63,743 nucleotides of DNA, filler included, from Octopus bimaculoides (GCF_001194135.2; 5 parts of 5 records of this genome joined end to end with filler, not necessarily neighbours in it), one strand, 5' to 3'. Shown: positions 49,430 through 63,477, counted from the whole stretch's first letter. Notes: generated from the sequence alone by a model not told the origin. Made by a program: numbers and translations.

Positions 49430-50940
49430 GCAGGCTGATTAGTTTACACCGAAATTAACGCAGTGTATCACGAAACAAGAGTAACTCAAGGATGCAGGTG
49501 TTTTTCTTGAAGCATTTCTATTGAGGAATACGCAGTTATTTCTTCTGAAGTTTCTTTGATCTTCTTCCTCGCAGACACATTTAATATTTGATATTTCAGA
49601 TGTTTTTGTGGTTTAGGGTCTTGGATAATGATGAAAATGTAAACAGCGCCAGGATGAAAATGTAGATGTTTGGATAATAACATAGAAGGTATATATATAT
49701 ATATATATACTTCCTGATTACGCGGAAGGTATATAGATTTCCCGTTTTCGTGAAATATACCCTTTTTTGTGAAGGTATTTTACAGTGAAGTTTGCCATAC
49801 ATTCGAATTGTTTGCATTTTACTGAAGCAAGACGCTATTACAGTATTTAGTTGATTGTATTCACACGGATTTTCTTTCTTGTAACACAGTAAGACAATTA
49901 ATTATTATAATTACAGAAACACAAATGTTTCTTCCACAAATGTTTCTATCATTCATTTCCTTTGACATGGTCTCTTTTTTCTTCACTGAACACCAAATAT
50001 ATCAACTGAGTTCCACCAGCATTTCTCTGAATCTTTGAGCGATTGGTGCCAAGTAACTTGTCCGAACTGTAAAGATAGTATGTAACAACATATATCAGTG
50101 AAACTCCATTAGTAATATAATATACACTATTAAGACAGTTTAACCGTTTGAATTACGAGATTTAGACTCTAGTTTCTTTAATTCACGCTCAAATAATTGA
50201 CATAAGGAAATTAATTGACAGTTGTTGCATAGATATTTTGCATATACTTTAAATTGCAACTAATTCCATTTCGAACCAAGTGATCAGAATTTATAATATA
50301 AGGGATTAGGGGAGTGTGTGATAGCTTAGACATAGTTTCTGTTTCATTTCCTAACAACTTTCAGACATGAAAGAGTGCACAAGGTGTGATTTGAACTATT
50401 CAGTAATCTTATCTTTACGGAGAATCTTTTTAATAGCAGGAATTGCTAATGCATGATAGCCTGTGAGGGTGAATTGTTGCTAAGAGAAACCAATCTTTGA
50501 TTTTACAAATTTATAGATATGTAGATTATATTCGTTGACCATAAGGGTTAAACCGGTTTTTGTATAACTTTTAATGACTTCATCAACAAACGATTCCAAA
50601 TATGAATTCCAGCGAAATTTTGTCGGCGAGTGATGGATCCCTTACCTTTGCTTGGGTTCCTTACCCGTGAAAGTGGGTCAGAATAAAATAAATTGATTTC
50701 ATGTATTGTATATGGGATGAAGTAACCCAGTTGAACAAAGCTGTATGCTAATTATGAACGATGATTGAAAATTATGACATGGAGTAAATGAGACAACATT
50801 GCAAAATCAGTAACCAAGCCTTTTGCTGATTCGATTTTCCAAAAGCCATTCATTCATAGTATGGTTCGTTTTATTTTTAAAATAGATGTTAGGACATAAA
50901 GTGTTAATAATGAAACATCTATATAAATATGCTTTTGATT
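49430..50940 (+). mobile_element. Decayed PLE: 5' hammerhead remnant plus RT
   Basis: CTGATTA...GAAAC-aaga-GTA at 49435-49483; IYRFPVFVK, QIYQLS, GIAN, IYRYVDY, SDGSL..LGFLTRESG and TKLYANY patches in the expected order. Confidence 0.55.
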
Positions 50941-50951
50941 CATACTGTTGT

Positions 50952-51136
50952 TGGTTGGCACTCCGTCGGTTACGACGTCGAGGGTTCCAGTTGATCCGAC
51001 CAACGGAACAGCCTGCTCGTGAAATTAACGTGCAAGTGGCTGAGCACTCCACAGACACGTGTACCCTTAACGTAGTTCTCGCGGATATTCAGCGTGACAT
51101 AGAGTGTGACAAGGCTGGCCCTTCGAAATACAGGTA
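50952..51136 (-). mobile_element. 5'-truncated SINE family B with an 11-bp TSD
   Basis: catactgttgt at 50941-50951 and 51137-51147; body matches the 3' half of 33564-33948. Confidence 0.93.
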
Positions 51137-51699
51137 CATACTGTTGTATCACGAGCATTTTGAAAGATTTCTTTGTCTTAAGATCAAGCTCTCCTTTTGT
51201 TACATATTAATTACTCTTTATTAGGCACAGTGGCCTGATATTTTAGATATAAAAATAGGTAATTAAAAACTATTAATGATACCCTAGAATGACTTATCGA
51301 TAGCAACACTAAAGGTAAAAGATGTTTTATATGACACATTCTACCAGTGTCCGAAGTTTGAAAGTGTTTAGTTACAAAAAATTAATTTCTCGATCTGCCG
51401 TTCAAAGGGAAAAGATCCGTTTTTATCTATTGACATCACCTTACACGTTTTCCTTAACTTCTTAACCCGCATTGCTTGAAGGCTGTTTTCAAACATTTAT
51501 ATCATTTACATATCAATAACTTCTATTGAAGATGTGTGAATAGTATGTAAAGTTACCAAATTATAATTACAACAATACCATAGTAATTTTCAATGTTAAT
51601 TTTCATTAAGCAAATATAACACTAAGAGCTGCCTCTGCCTAATCATTTATATAAAACTATATATTTTAATTTAAGCCACACTCAAACAAAATGTCTCTC

Positions 51700-52300
51700 T
51701 TGCAGAATTAAGTCAGAATTGAAAGTAATTTCAATTGTGTTCTATTTGCATGAGTTTTCTTGTTGTATCTGAAAGATACATTCTCAGACCTTGATTGGTC
51801 GATTATGTGAATCTCTTTGAAGTACAACTGCTGTGCTTAATGGTGATCATGTTTGGTATCTTAATTTCTTGATAGGCTTCCAGAACATTGACATGTTGAT
51901 CGGTCATCTGTTGACATTCTTTTTCGCTTTACAATTTCTGCAGGGAAATTCTTGTTAATATATTTGTACGTATTGGCTGTAGTGACGAGATGAGTGAGAC
52001 GACTTAACTTCGAGTTGTTCAATATTTAATTACAAGCTTTGGTGTACTTCGGCTACATTATTATTAGGGTTGCTGGTGTTAAAAGGATTTATTTCATTTG
52101 CACGAAACCACACAGTTAATTCAATAGTTACTGCAAATAGAACACAATAACCTAATCTTATTCAAAAGTTCTAATAACCACATATTACTCGTATCAGACA
52201 CATTCAGTTTTCTACCATGCCATTTCATAAACTTTAAATATTTACAATCTTTAAAAACTGCTCGGATGTTAAACCTCACAACATCTGTTCTAATTTTTTA
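51700..52300 (-). mobile_element. Possible decayed PLE GIY-YIG region
   Basis: CQCSG/NVLEAYQEIK and SFRYNKKTHANRTQL patches. Confidence 0.35.
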
Positions 52301-52859
52301 TCAACGACATAAATATATAACCCAGGCTTCTTTTATCGCTGCAGAAAATATTTCAAAACTTATCCTCTACAAGACACAAGTACGCGTCATATTAGCTTAC
52401 TGCTGACGCATCATGCAGATGCAACTATTGTATGTACAAACACCAGAAAATTCTGTCCAAAACGTGATCAGCCAAAATCAACGAACTTTACCTAGAGAAA
52501 AAAATGTTCCTATGAGTTCTTTGCTCGAAAAGCAAAAATGTCTCAAGTTGTTATTGAGTCACAGGTCAGTCCCGACTGAGTAAACCGATAAGCAAATGCG
52601 TTCCAGTTGTGACCAACTACTCCTTTTCTCACGCGTAGTGCATAGAAAAAGTTGGTCTAAATATATAGTGGTTAGAGTGTTGCACTCATGATCGCTGGGT
52701 GATGCGATCGATTCCCGAACTGGGCGGCATGTTGTGTTCTTGAGCAAAACACTTCATTTCACATTGCTCCACAATCATTTCGACACATGATGTGTGACAC
52801 ACTTGCGCACCTGTACAGGCAATGCCGATTTGATGGAGGAAATGAGCTTATGCAAATAC

Positions 52860-52990
52860 AAACATCTGCACTCCTTCAGATATAAGGACAAGGGAAACTT
52901 GACCTCCCTGACTCAATCCATGAGGAGACATCAGGACCCAGGAAACTACTCCTACAACATTACATGAAGCATTCTTGACAGGGCTCTTTT
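52860..52990 (+). mobile_element. PLE GIY-YIG fragment
   Basis: HSFRYKDKGNLTSLTQ...GNYSYNIT*SILDRA resembles PLE SFR...STxLSxxIW...YxIxWSILxRA. Confidence 0.55.
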
Positions 52991-54558
52991 TTAACATTTG
53001 CGCCGAATATGTGGTCAATAAATGGCGTATAAAGGGGAAAATGTTTAACAAATTACTGTTTGAATTTCAAATAAGAAGCGCATGTTTTCAAACTTCCGGT
53101 TGGTTCTGAGGTGCCTCTGATAGCATACGTTGAGTCATGCAATCTCGCTTTATTTCGCCCTTTAAAATACGCAATAATATCAAGCTAACAAGGGGCTCAC
53201 TGCGTAGTCACTTGATCTACTAGAAATAGTAGTCAAATCATCCCACCATATTCGAAAAGGATTTATTGCTTAATGCGCTCCTATATTTTGTACATAGGAA
53301 AAATATGGGATGCTCGCGAATGGAAAGCTCGATAACGGTTGATTTGAGACTAAACAACAGCCAAGTAATATTTGTTCTCGTGGCAACATTTGGACATTAT
53401 GTCCGATATTTTTATGCATTAGTTTGCTTGGTTATGATATATTTCTCTGATGTGTATTCTAATATAAACCGTTGATTTTTTACTATGAACAATTGAATAC
53501 TGTATAGTTTAAAGAATTAATTACACAGCAACGTCGTCCGCATGAAAATTAATAGTTAATTCATCGTTAATACATCTAAAGCAGTAGTCATTAAAAAGAT
53601 AACTAGAAATAATTATGCGGTGAATTAACACTATAATTAACCTTTGATTAACATTACTTTATTTCAGCAAGTTCGAAAAGCTATTTGCCATGTGGGAAAC
53701 TAAAATTGTTTAAAGAATATATTTCAAAATGTCACCCGCAGACAAAAAAAAAGAAACAATAATTACGTTAATGTCAACATATTTAATTCTAACTAGAAAT
53801 TATTATGCGGTGATGAAAAATGAACATTAATCATTAGAAACTATAAGTGTTTAAAGAACGTATTGGTAAAGGAAACAGGAAGTCTGTACTTTTATATTAA
53901 TGTCTAACATCCAACTGACATTTATTTAGAGATATTAGTGCAACAGATTATACAGAAACAGTAAAAATGTATTGATGCTAGTTTGGATATTGGTTTAACT
54001 TTCGTTGTTGCTCATTTTTGTTTTCACTGGTTCGTAAGATATTTATAAAATACTGCGGGAATCTAAGAATAAATATTAATCCATATTACTTATCGAAGCT
54101 GAATATTTAATAATGGAAAAAAATAGTTTTGCTACGATTCTTAATTCAAACCTAACTCTCTCTACTTACATTAGCAGTTCATTTGTGTAAAGATTGCGTA
54201 AAGTGACTTATCATATTTTCCATCTTGAGATAATTATTTCCATATGCTTATGTGTTTGGCAACCTGCCATATATAAGGCAGTTGATCTAAAAGGAAGCTT
54301 GTATTACTGTATGAAAATATTTTTAAAACTAAAGTGTTAGAAAATTCTTTAACAACTTCTTAGAGATTATTTTTGCTTCTAACATAGCTATATTATTATT
54401 TTTTTAAACTTTTTATTAGCACTGTGAACACTATTACGATTAAATTATCAATATGAAGNNNNNNNNNNNNNNNNNNNNNNNNNNNNNNNNNNNNNNNNNN
54501 NNTTAATTAATTAANNNNNNNNNNNNNNNNNNNNNNNNNNNNNNNNNNNNNNNNNNNN

Positions 54559-54716
54559 TGGTGGTGGTGGTGGTGGTGGTTGTAGAATTAGTAATAGTCG
54601 CTGTAGAATTTGTTGCTTTTTTGCTGTTATTGTTATAGTACTGCTTCTCACAGGAGTGGTGGCAATGTTAGTGGTAGTAGTAATAGCAGTTGTAGTAGTA
54701 GTAGTAGCAGCAGCAC

Positions 54717-54754
<38 letters not shown>

Positions 54755-54876
54755 ATAGTAGCAGCAGCAGTAGTAGTAGTAGTAGTAGTAGTCATAGTTG
54801 TGAGGGTAGCAGTCACAGGAGAGGTAGCAGTGTTAGTGGTGGTGGTTGTAGTAGCAGTAGTAGTATTAGGGAGCAT
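54559..54876 (-). CDS. Candidate low-complexity (Thr-rich) first coding exon running into a gap
   Basis: ATG at 54876: MLPNTTTATTT...PVRSSTITITAKKQQILQRLLLILQPPPPPPP. The frame stays open through mixed trinucleotide repeats; no donor site is visible; no homology recognised. Confidence 0.25.
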
Positions 54877-55411
54877 AAATAACAGTGGCTCTGGTGTTTG
54901 GTGTTTACCCCTAAAATGGTGGTGTTGCTGGTAGTATTCGTGGCGACGATGGCGGTGGTGTGCGCTGGTCGATGCCCTCCTCGTCGCGACCGACTCAATA
55001 TAAGCCAATTATATATATAAACATATACACGAGTGTGTATATATATATATATATGACATTTATGATATACACACACTCATTCTCTAGACTTTACTCTTTC
55101 TTCCACTTTCTTTTGCCTCCTTTCTTCCCCCCCCCCACGCGTCCCCCGCCACACTCTCCCTCGATTATTCTCCCACTTCCTTCCTCTCTCCCTCCCTCCT
55201 TCCATCCCTTCCCTCCTCCCTCGCTCTCTCTTTCTGTCTTTCTCTGTCTCTGTCGCTCACTTTTTTCTCTTTTCCTCTTTTTCCTTCTCACTTTCTCTCT
55301 TTGTTTCTCTCCCACCCTCTCTCTCTCTCTCACTTTCTGCCTGTCTTTCTCTCTCTCTCAATCACTGATGCACATCGTGAGGTGACTTCGCTTGGATAAA
55401 CCTTACTAGTA

Positions 55412-55447
55412 AATATGGCGTCGACTAATCACAATCGCAGCCATATT
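55412..55447. promoter_or_regulatory. Inverted pair of YY1-like motifs (aatATGGCG / gccATatt)
   Basis: Matches AANATGGCG on plus and aatATGGCT on minus, next to a CT-rich tract and a CpG-containing patch. Confidence 0.25.
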
Positions 55448-56491
55448 GTTTCATATCTAATCTTTGCTTCTACATCTGTGTGCGTGTGTGCGTGTGTTTG
55501 CTCGCCCTATATTGTTATATGTATTTGTGTATGTTTGCGTTACGCTCTTTTATATGTATATGAGTGTATGTGTGTGTGTGTACATGTGTGTGTACGTGTG
55601 TCGTCTGCTTCTAATTTATTTCTCTGTACGTTTTTTTAAGCGCACGCGCGAGGATGTGTATATTCGCGTGTATATTTGTGTCTGCGTATATTATGTGTAT
55701 AGTTGTGTGCGTTTTTATGCCTGTGTGTATACAAATATGTTTGCTTGTTCTATATTCTTATATATGTGCTTCTATCTCTTTTTCTGTGTGTGTGTACACG
55801 GCGCACGCGTGTATATATATGTGTGTATGTATTTGCTTGTTCTGTATTCCTATATGCGTATGTTTCTCTGTGTTTTTATGCATGTGTGTGCGTGCACGAG
55901 TATATTTGTATATGTGTTTGCTAATTCCGAATTGTTATATGTATGTGTGTTTCTACAGTTCGCTACATCTTCATATGTGTTTAGGCATATGTATATGTGT
56001 CTATACGCGTGTGTGAATATCTTCTACGTGTGTGTATATATATGTATGTGTGTAAACTTGTTCTATAGTTTTATGTGCTTATGTGTGTGGATGAATGTGT
56101 GTGTACGTCTGCATGCATGTATTCTTTTAGTCTCTATTTCTACTCAAGTGCCTTGCTCTCGACTTTGTTTCCTCATAACTTTCATACACAGAAAAGAATT
56201 TTGAAGCAAGTTTGCTGTGACAGGTTTTAGAGAGCATGGATTAGAATTATCGTCTGGTTTTTCCTGTTCATTTTTACTTGTTTTAGTCACTAAACTGCGG
56301 CAAAGCTGGAGCAAAGCCTTGCGGAATATTTTTTACGTGGATGAATCTATCCCAGAAAATTTTAAAGCCTAATACTTATTCTATCGGTCTCCTTTGCCGA
56401 ACCATAAGGTTACAGGGACATAAACACACCAACACCAGTTGTCAAGTAGTGGCGCGGGACAAATACAACACACACACACACACACACACAC

Positions 56492-56690
56492 ACTTTTATT
56501 TGTATGCTTCCGCCAATGCCACGCCCACTAAAGTACTAAGGACTTGGCAAAAACGGAGACTTGCAATGGTCAGTTTGACCAATGAGTGGACACTACTACT
56601 TGACCATCGTAGCGACACCAGATCTGTACTAAAGCCTAGATACCAATACTGACTGACTACCAAAATGGTACCAACAAACGAAGATAGTCT
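56492..56690 (+). repeat. ~190-bp repeat copy 1 (copy 2 at 58444-58665)
   Basis: cacgcccactaaagtactaag...gcaatggtcagtttgaccaatgagtggacactact...gcgacaccagatct.tactaaagcctagataccaatac is shared. Confidence 0.9.
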
Positions 56691-56842
56691 TTTAGTACTT
56701 GTTAGCGAAATGTAAGAAAGAATTTCGTAGTAGAAATACAAAATATATTTACAAGAATGAATGGATAAATACCAATTCGAAACTAACAATACACACACAC
56801 ACACACACACACACACCACACCACACACACACACACACCACA

Positions 56843-56882
<40 letters not shown>

Positions 56883-57982
56883 NNNNNNNNNNNNNNNNNN
56901 NNNNNNNNNNNNNNNNNNNNNNNNNNNNNNNNNNNNNNNNNNNNNNNNNNNNNNNNNNNNNNNNNNNNNNNNNNNNNNNNNNNNNNNNNNNNNNNNNNNN
57001 NNNNNNNNNNNNNNNNNNNNNNNNNNNNNNNNNNNNNNNNNNNNNNNNNNNNNNNNNNNNNNNNNNNNNNNNNNNNNNNNNNNNNNNNNNNNNNNNNNNN
57101 NNNNNNNNNNNNNNNNNNNNNNNNNNNNNNNNNNNNNNNNNNNNNNNNNNNNNNNNNNNNNNNNNNNNNNNNNNNNNNNNNNNNNNNNNNNNNNNNNNNN
57201 NNNNNNNNNNNNNNNNNNNNNNNNNNNNNNNNNNNNNNNNNNNNNNNNNNNNNNNNNNNNNNNNNNNNNNNNNNNNNNNNNNNNNNNNNNNNNNNNNNNN
57301 NNNNNNNNNNNNNNNNNNNNNNNNNNNNNNNNNNNNNNNNNNNNNNNNNNNNNNNNNNNNNNNNNNNNNNNNNNNNNNNNNNNNNNNNNNNNNNNNNNNN
57401 NNNNNNNNNNNNNNNNNNNNNNNNNNNNNNNNNNNNNNNNNNNNNNNNNNNNNNNNNNNNNNNNNNNNNNNNNNNNNNNNNNNNNNNNNNNNNNNNNNAC
57501 ACACACACACACGCACGCACACGCACACACGACTAGCTTCTTTCAGTTTCCGTCTACCAAATCCGCTCAGAAAGTTTTCGTTAGTCCGAGGTTACATAGT
57601 AAAAGACATATGTGCAAGGAGCTCCAAATTGGGCCTGAACCCGGATCCACCTAGTTGGGAAGCAAGCTTTTTACCACACATCCACACTGTCACCTATAAT
57701 AACATCTTTTATGAATTGACACAGAGTGACGTCATAACTTTAAAGACCGAAAACTGGGTCACCTGGTGCATAAAAAAATTAATAAAACCTAAAAAGAAAG
57801 GATTAAAAGTTGTTGTTTTTTTTAATGTTATCAACTTCCCAACTAAATGGTTACGGGTTCAGTCACATTAATCGGCACCTTCGGCAGGTAACTCTTGCTA
57901 TAGACTGGAGTCAACTACAAAACCTTGTAAGTGGAGAGTGGATTTGATAGACGGTTACTGAAAGAAGCTCATTGTATACATA

Positions 57983-58052
<70 letters not shown>

Positions 58053-58443
58053 AATGTATGTATATATGAATACATATGTATGTATGTATGTATGTATGTT
58101 TGTGTGTATGTATGGATACATATGAAGATAGAGGAGCGTGTGTGTGCGTCCGTGTCCGTGTTTGCGTGTGTGCGTGTGTGCGTGAGTGTGTGTGTGTTTC
58201 AGTCTTTGTGACCTGTGTTGGTGGCGTGTTGGCGTGTTATGTCGACAAAAGTAAATGATAGAATACGAACCAGGCTTATCATTAAAAAAAGTACTGGGGT
58301 CAATTCATTCGACTTAAATCTGTTCAAGGTGCTGCCCCAGCATGGCCGCAGTCTAATGGCAGAAACGAAAATAAAGAACGAAAACACTTCCAATGTAGTC
58401 CCTCGAGAAACTAGTGATACCGAATCTCAGTTAAAAGTTTCTC

Positions 58444-58665
58444 CTTTTTATTTGTGTTTTCAACGGGAATGTCACGCCCACTAAAGTACTAAGAACTATG
58501 CTAAGGTCATTGGCAAAAGCAGAGGCATGCAATGGTCAGTTTGACCAATGAGTGGACACTACTGTTTAACCATCGTAGCGACACCAGATCTATACTAAAG
58601 CCTAGATACCAATACCAACCAAATACTGACTAAAACTAAAATTGTAGCAACAACCAAAAAGATTA
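58444..58665 (+). repeat. ~190-bp repeat copy 2
   Basis: See 56492-56690. Confidence 0.9.
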
Positions 58666-60594
58666 TGATGATACTAAATANNNNNNNNNNNNNNNNNNNN
58701 NNNNNNNNNNNNNNNNNNNNNNNNNNNNNNNNNNNNNNNNNNNNNNNNNNNNNNNNNNNNNNNNNNNNNNNNNNNNNNNNNNNNNNNNNNNNNNNNNNNN
58801 NNNNNNNNNNNNNNNNNNNNNNNNNNNNNNNNNNNNNNNNNNNNNNNNNNNNNNNNNNNNNNNNNNNNNNNNNNNNNNNNNNNNNNNNNNNNNNNNNNNN
58901 NNNNNNNNNNNNNNNNNNNNNNNNNNNNNNNNNNNNNNNNNNNNNNNNNNNNNNNNNNNNNNNNNNNNNNNNNNNNNNNNNNNNNNNNNNNNNNNNNNNN
59001 NNNNNNNNNNNNNNNNNNNNNNNNNNNNNNNNNNNNNNNNNNNNNNNNNNNNNNNNNNNNNNNNNNNNNNNNNNNNNNNNNNNNNNNNNNNNNNNNNNNN
59101 NNNNNNNNNNNNNNNNNNNNNNNNNNNNNNNNNNNNNNNNNNNNNNNNNNNNNNNNNNNNNNNNNNNNNNNNNNNNNNNNNNNNNNNNNNNNNNNNNNNN
59201 NNNNNNNNNNNNNNNNNNNNNNNNNNNNNNNNNNNNNNNNNNNNNNNNNNNNNNNNNNNNNNNNNNNNNNNNNNNNNNNNNNNNNNNNNNNNNNNNNNNN
59301 NNNNNNNNNNNNNNNNNNNNNNNNNNNNNNNNNNNNNNNNNNNNNNNNNNNNNNNNNNNNNNNNTTTATTCTTTTACTTGTTTCAGCAATTAGACTGCGG
59401 CCATGCTGGAGCAGAGCGTTGAAGAATTTCTAGTCGAATGAATCGATCCTATAACTTTTTGTGTGTGTGCTTCCTGTTCTGTTAGCTTCTTTTGCCAAAC
59501 GGGGATCAGTTAAACTGATTCACAAAATATGCATTTTTTAAAAGACAGTAAAAAATCTGAAAATCTGCTATAATCATATAGTTTTCCAGTTTTTATTGCT
59601 ATGAAGGTATGGTGTTGTGGAGAAAAAAAATTGGAAGACAAATTTGCAGAGGTTCAAAAATCGAAAAAACTGTATTTTTAGCCATGTGTGAGGCAGAAAT
59701 TTTCTGCATTTAGGGGAGTGGTGTCAACTTTAAGGTTGTGCCCTGTGAAATTTATAGTTTAGCGTCTGTGAAATGACCTCTTCATTGTAGGTTTCTAAAT
59801 AAACAGAAATACCTAATAAAATCAACATGCATCATCTTACTATTTCCTTTGTCTCTTCATTGATTGTATGTTTTTATTATTATTTTTTAATTTGTTATAT
59901 TAATATATTTGTCTGCATGTGTTTGCTTTATGTGTATTTCAATATTATGTACACTTGTCATGTATTTGTGTACATCATTAATATATAACTGCATGTGTAT
60001 GTGTGTGTGTGTGTGTTTGTTAAAAGGGGGGGAGTCTGTCTCCAAAACTCCAATGTTGAGTAACGTTTTCATGTTTGGATTTGTAAACTACGATAAGAAT
60101 AACAATGGTCAACAAAGAATTTGTCCCAAGGAAAAGAATATTTGTATCTTATATGTTTTTGCATGCAGAGTTAAAACTAATGTCAAATATATATATATAT
60201 ATATATATATANNNNNNNNNNNNNNNNNNNNNNNNNNNNNNNNNNNNNNNNNNNNTTAATTAATTAANNNNNNNNNNNNNNNNNNNNNNNNNNNNNNNNN
60301 NNNNNNNNNNNCATATATATATATATAAATACATATATACATATATATATATATACATACATATATATATACATACATATATACATATATATGTATATAC
60401 ATACATATATACATATATATGTATATACATATATATGTATATACATACATATGTATATACATACATATATGTATATACATATATATATACATACATATAT
60501 ACATATATATGTATATACATACATATATATGTATATACATACATACATATATATATATGTATGTATATATACACACATATATAACACATATATG

Positions 60595-60632
<38 letters not shown>

Positions 60633-60887
60633 TATATATATAATGTTCACATAGACAAAAATAAATGATGAAATATGAATATACGCTTTCCACGAATATA
60701 TGTGTATTTATATAAATATACGTATATGTACGTACGAATATATACATGTGTGTATATATGCGTTTATTTAAATGTATGTATATTGGTAACTATTCATACA
60801 TATGAATGAATATATATATATATGTATATGTAAACAGATATGCTTATATCTATGTAATGTATGTTTGTGTGTGCGTATATATGTCTC

Positions 60888-60932
<45 letters not shown>

Positions 60933-61017
60933 GCATTTACATATATAAAAATATGTATTTATATACGCGCGTGTGTACATTCGCTCGTCTATACATATAT
61001 AAAATGTGTATGTGTGC

Positions 61018-61057
<40 letters not shown>

Positions 61058-61303
61058 GTACGTACGTAGATATATCTGTAATATGCATTTGTGTTTACGT
61101 ATATATCTATAACTACATATATCTATATAAGAATATGTGTATATATGTATATCTTTGTATGTTATATATGTATATATATATGTACGTGTATATGTATATA
61201 TCTATATATATTTGTATGCATGTATATATATATAAATATATATATATGTGCGTATGTATACTATGTAGTTATACATACGTTTATGTGTATGTATGTATGT
61301 ATG

Positions 61304-61354
<51 letters not shown>

Positions 61355-61519
61355 NNNNNNNNNNNNNNNNNNNNNNNNNNNNNNNNNNNNNNNNNNNNNN
61401 TATATATATATATATATGTACGTACGTAGATATATCTGTAATATGCATTTGTGTTTACGTATATATCTATAACTACATATATCTATATAAGAATATGTGT
61501 ATGTATGTATGTATGTATG

Positions 61520-61580
<61 letters not shown>

Positions 61581-61879
61581 GCTTATGTATATGTTTATTA
61601 TATACACATGTATACATACATGTATGTATATATATATATATATATTAACATAATATGTAGGTATATGTTTGTGCAGTATTTATATATATGTATATATACC
61701 TACACACATATATGCATATTTATGCATTTTTCTCTCTATGTGTATATATATATAAACATACATATAAACATATACATGCATTTACATTTATATATGTATA
61801 TTTGTGTGTGTGTGTATTTATTTGTATCCATGTATATATTATCTACACAGAAGATATATATTTATATGTATATATTTCC

Positions 61880-62090
61880 CTTCCATTACAAACGTCCACT
61901 TTACCACGCCCGCATGGGTTAGACAGAATTTGTCGAAGCAGATTTTTCTACGGATGTCCTACCTTCTTGCTGTCCCTCGCTTATTTCCCAGGAAGGTGAG
62001 ATTTCTCCGTGGCCAGACGTGGAACATTAGAAAAATGAACAGCACCTTTTGTGTGACGATGATACTTGTTGTACAACTGTTGCATGATGT
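61880..62090 (-). mobile_element. Degenerate retroposon fragment with an RTE-type 3' tail
   Basis: Minus strand gacatccgtagaaaaatctgc...tctaacccatgcgggcgtggtaaagtggacgtt resembles the RTE 3' end. A bare tail also lies at about 63560-63601. Confidence 0.6.
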
Positions 62091-62584
62091 CAAAGCAAGG
62101 ACACACACACACACAGACACACACACACAATGGGCTTCTTTCTGCTTCCAGCTGCCAAATCCCTTCACAAAGTTTTCGTTAACCCAGGACTGTCAAAGAA
62201 ATACGTTTGCCCAAGGTACCTTGCAGCAGGACAAAACCTGAAACCAAACGGTAGCGAAATAAGCATCTTAACCAAACATACATGCCATACATACCTACGT
62301 AATACATACACACATACGTATATACATGTATATATATGTACATGTATGTATATATACACTCATACACAAACATATGCATGCATACACATGTGTATAAATG
62401 TCTCCCCACCTCTCTCTCTCTCTATATATATATATATATGTATATAAATTTATACATACGTACTTATGTATATCTGTGTGTATGCATATATATCGTTGGC
62501 TATACATATTTATGTATATATGCATATTTATTTGTTTGTTACTTTTTATATGTGTGTGTGTATGTGTATATATATGTGTACATA

Positions 62585-62618
<34 letters not shown>

Positions 62619-62684
62619 CGTGTATGTATTTATATATGTATATATATATGTATCTGTTGTATATATATGTTTAAATCTTTATAC

Positions 62685-62733
<49 letters not shown>

Positions 62734-62799
62734 TTCGAAGTTCTTTGTATCCATAGATCACAGGGCTGGGTTGGTGGGTGGGGGCAAATGATAATCCCT

Positions 62800-63070
62800 T
62801 AAGTTGCCACGTAAACCAATCCTTGAAGGATAGGCTCTAGTGCACTTGGTGCAGATATGTAGGATCTGGTCAAATGGAGTTTGTTTTTGTGATGACGACT
62901 TTTCCCTTCCTTAGTGCTTCCCATCCACTGCTGGTGTTCTGGCCTTCTCAAAGATGCTTGCGGATGTCTGGATGCAGCCTCACCTCACTAATCTTTGTGC
63001 TGCCACTTACCTTCCACTCTGTGGAGACTGTCCCTGCCTAGGTAAGCTGGCATTTCGGATTGTCTTTGAC
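62800..63070 (-). mobile_element. RTE (Bov-B-like) LINE ORF C-terminal fragment
   Basis: HICTKCTRAYPSRIGLRGNLR resembles the terminal CxxC..SRIGLxSH motif. Confidence 0.7.
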
Positions 63071-63084
63071 CAAAGGCCATGTAT

Positions 63085-63477
63085 ATGTTGGCTGTGTGGT
63101 AAGAAGCTTGCTTCCCAACCACATGATTCTGGGTTCAGTCTCACTGTGTGGCACCTTGGGAAAGTATCTACTATAAACTTGGGCTGCCCAAAGCTTTGTG
63201 AATGGATTTTGTTTACAGAAACTGAAAGAAGCCTGTCATGTATGTATGTATGTATGTGTGTGTGTGTTTGTAGGTCTGTGGTTAAACCCCTTCGCCTCAC
63301 TGCTTGAAAACCAGTGTTAGTCTGTTTACGTCCGTGTAACTTAGCAGTTCAGCAAAAGAATTTGACAAAATAAGTACCAGGTACTGAGGTCAATTCATTT
63401 GACTAGAAATTCTTCAGGAGGGTGCTCCAGCTTGGCTGCAATGTAACGACTGAAACAAGTAAAAGACAAAAAGAAAG

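Noticed and set aside
50646-50747. 102-nt minus-strand exon candidate with a GTAAGG donor
   Set aside because: Antisense to an ordered plus-strand PLE RT remnant.
61040-61500. ~95-bp exact duplication on both sides of an N gap (a similar case lies around 9755-9810)
   Set aside because: Most likely an unmerged contig overlap rather than a biological duplication.
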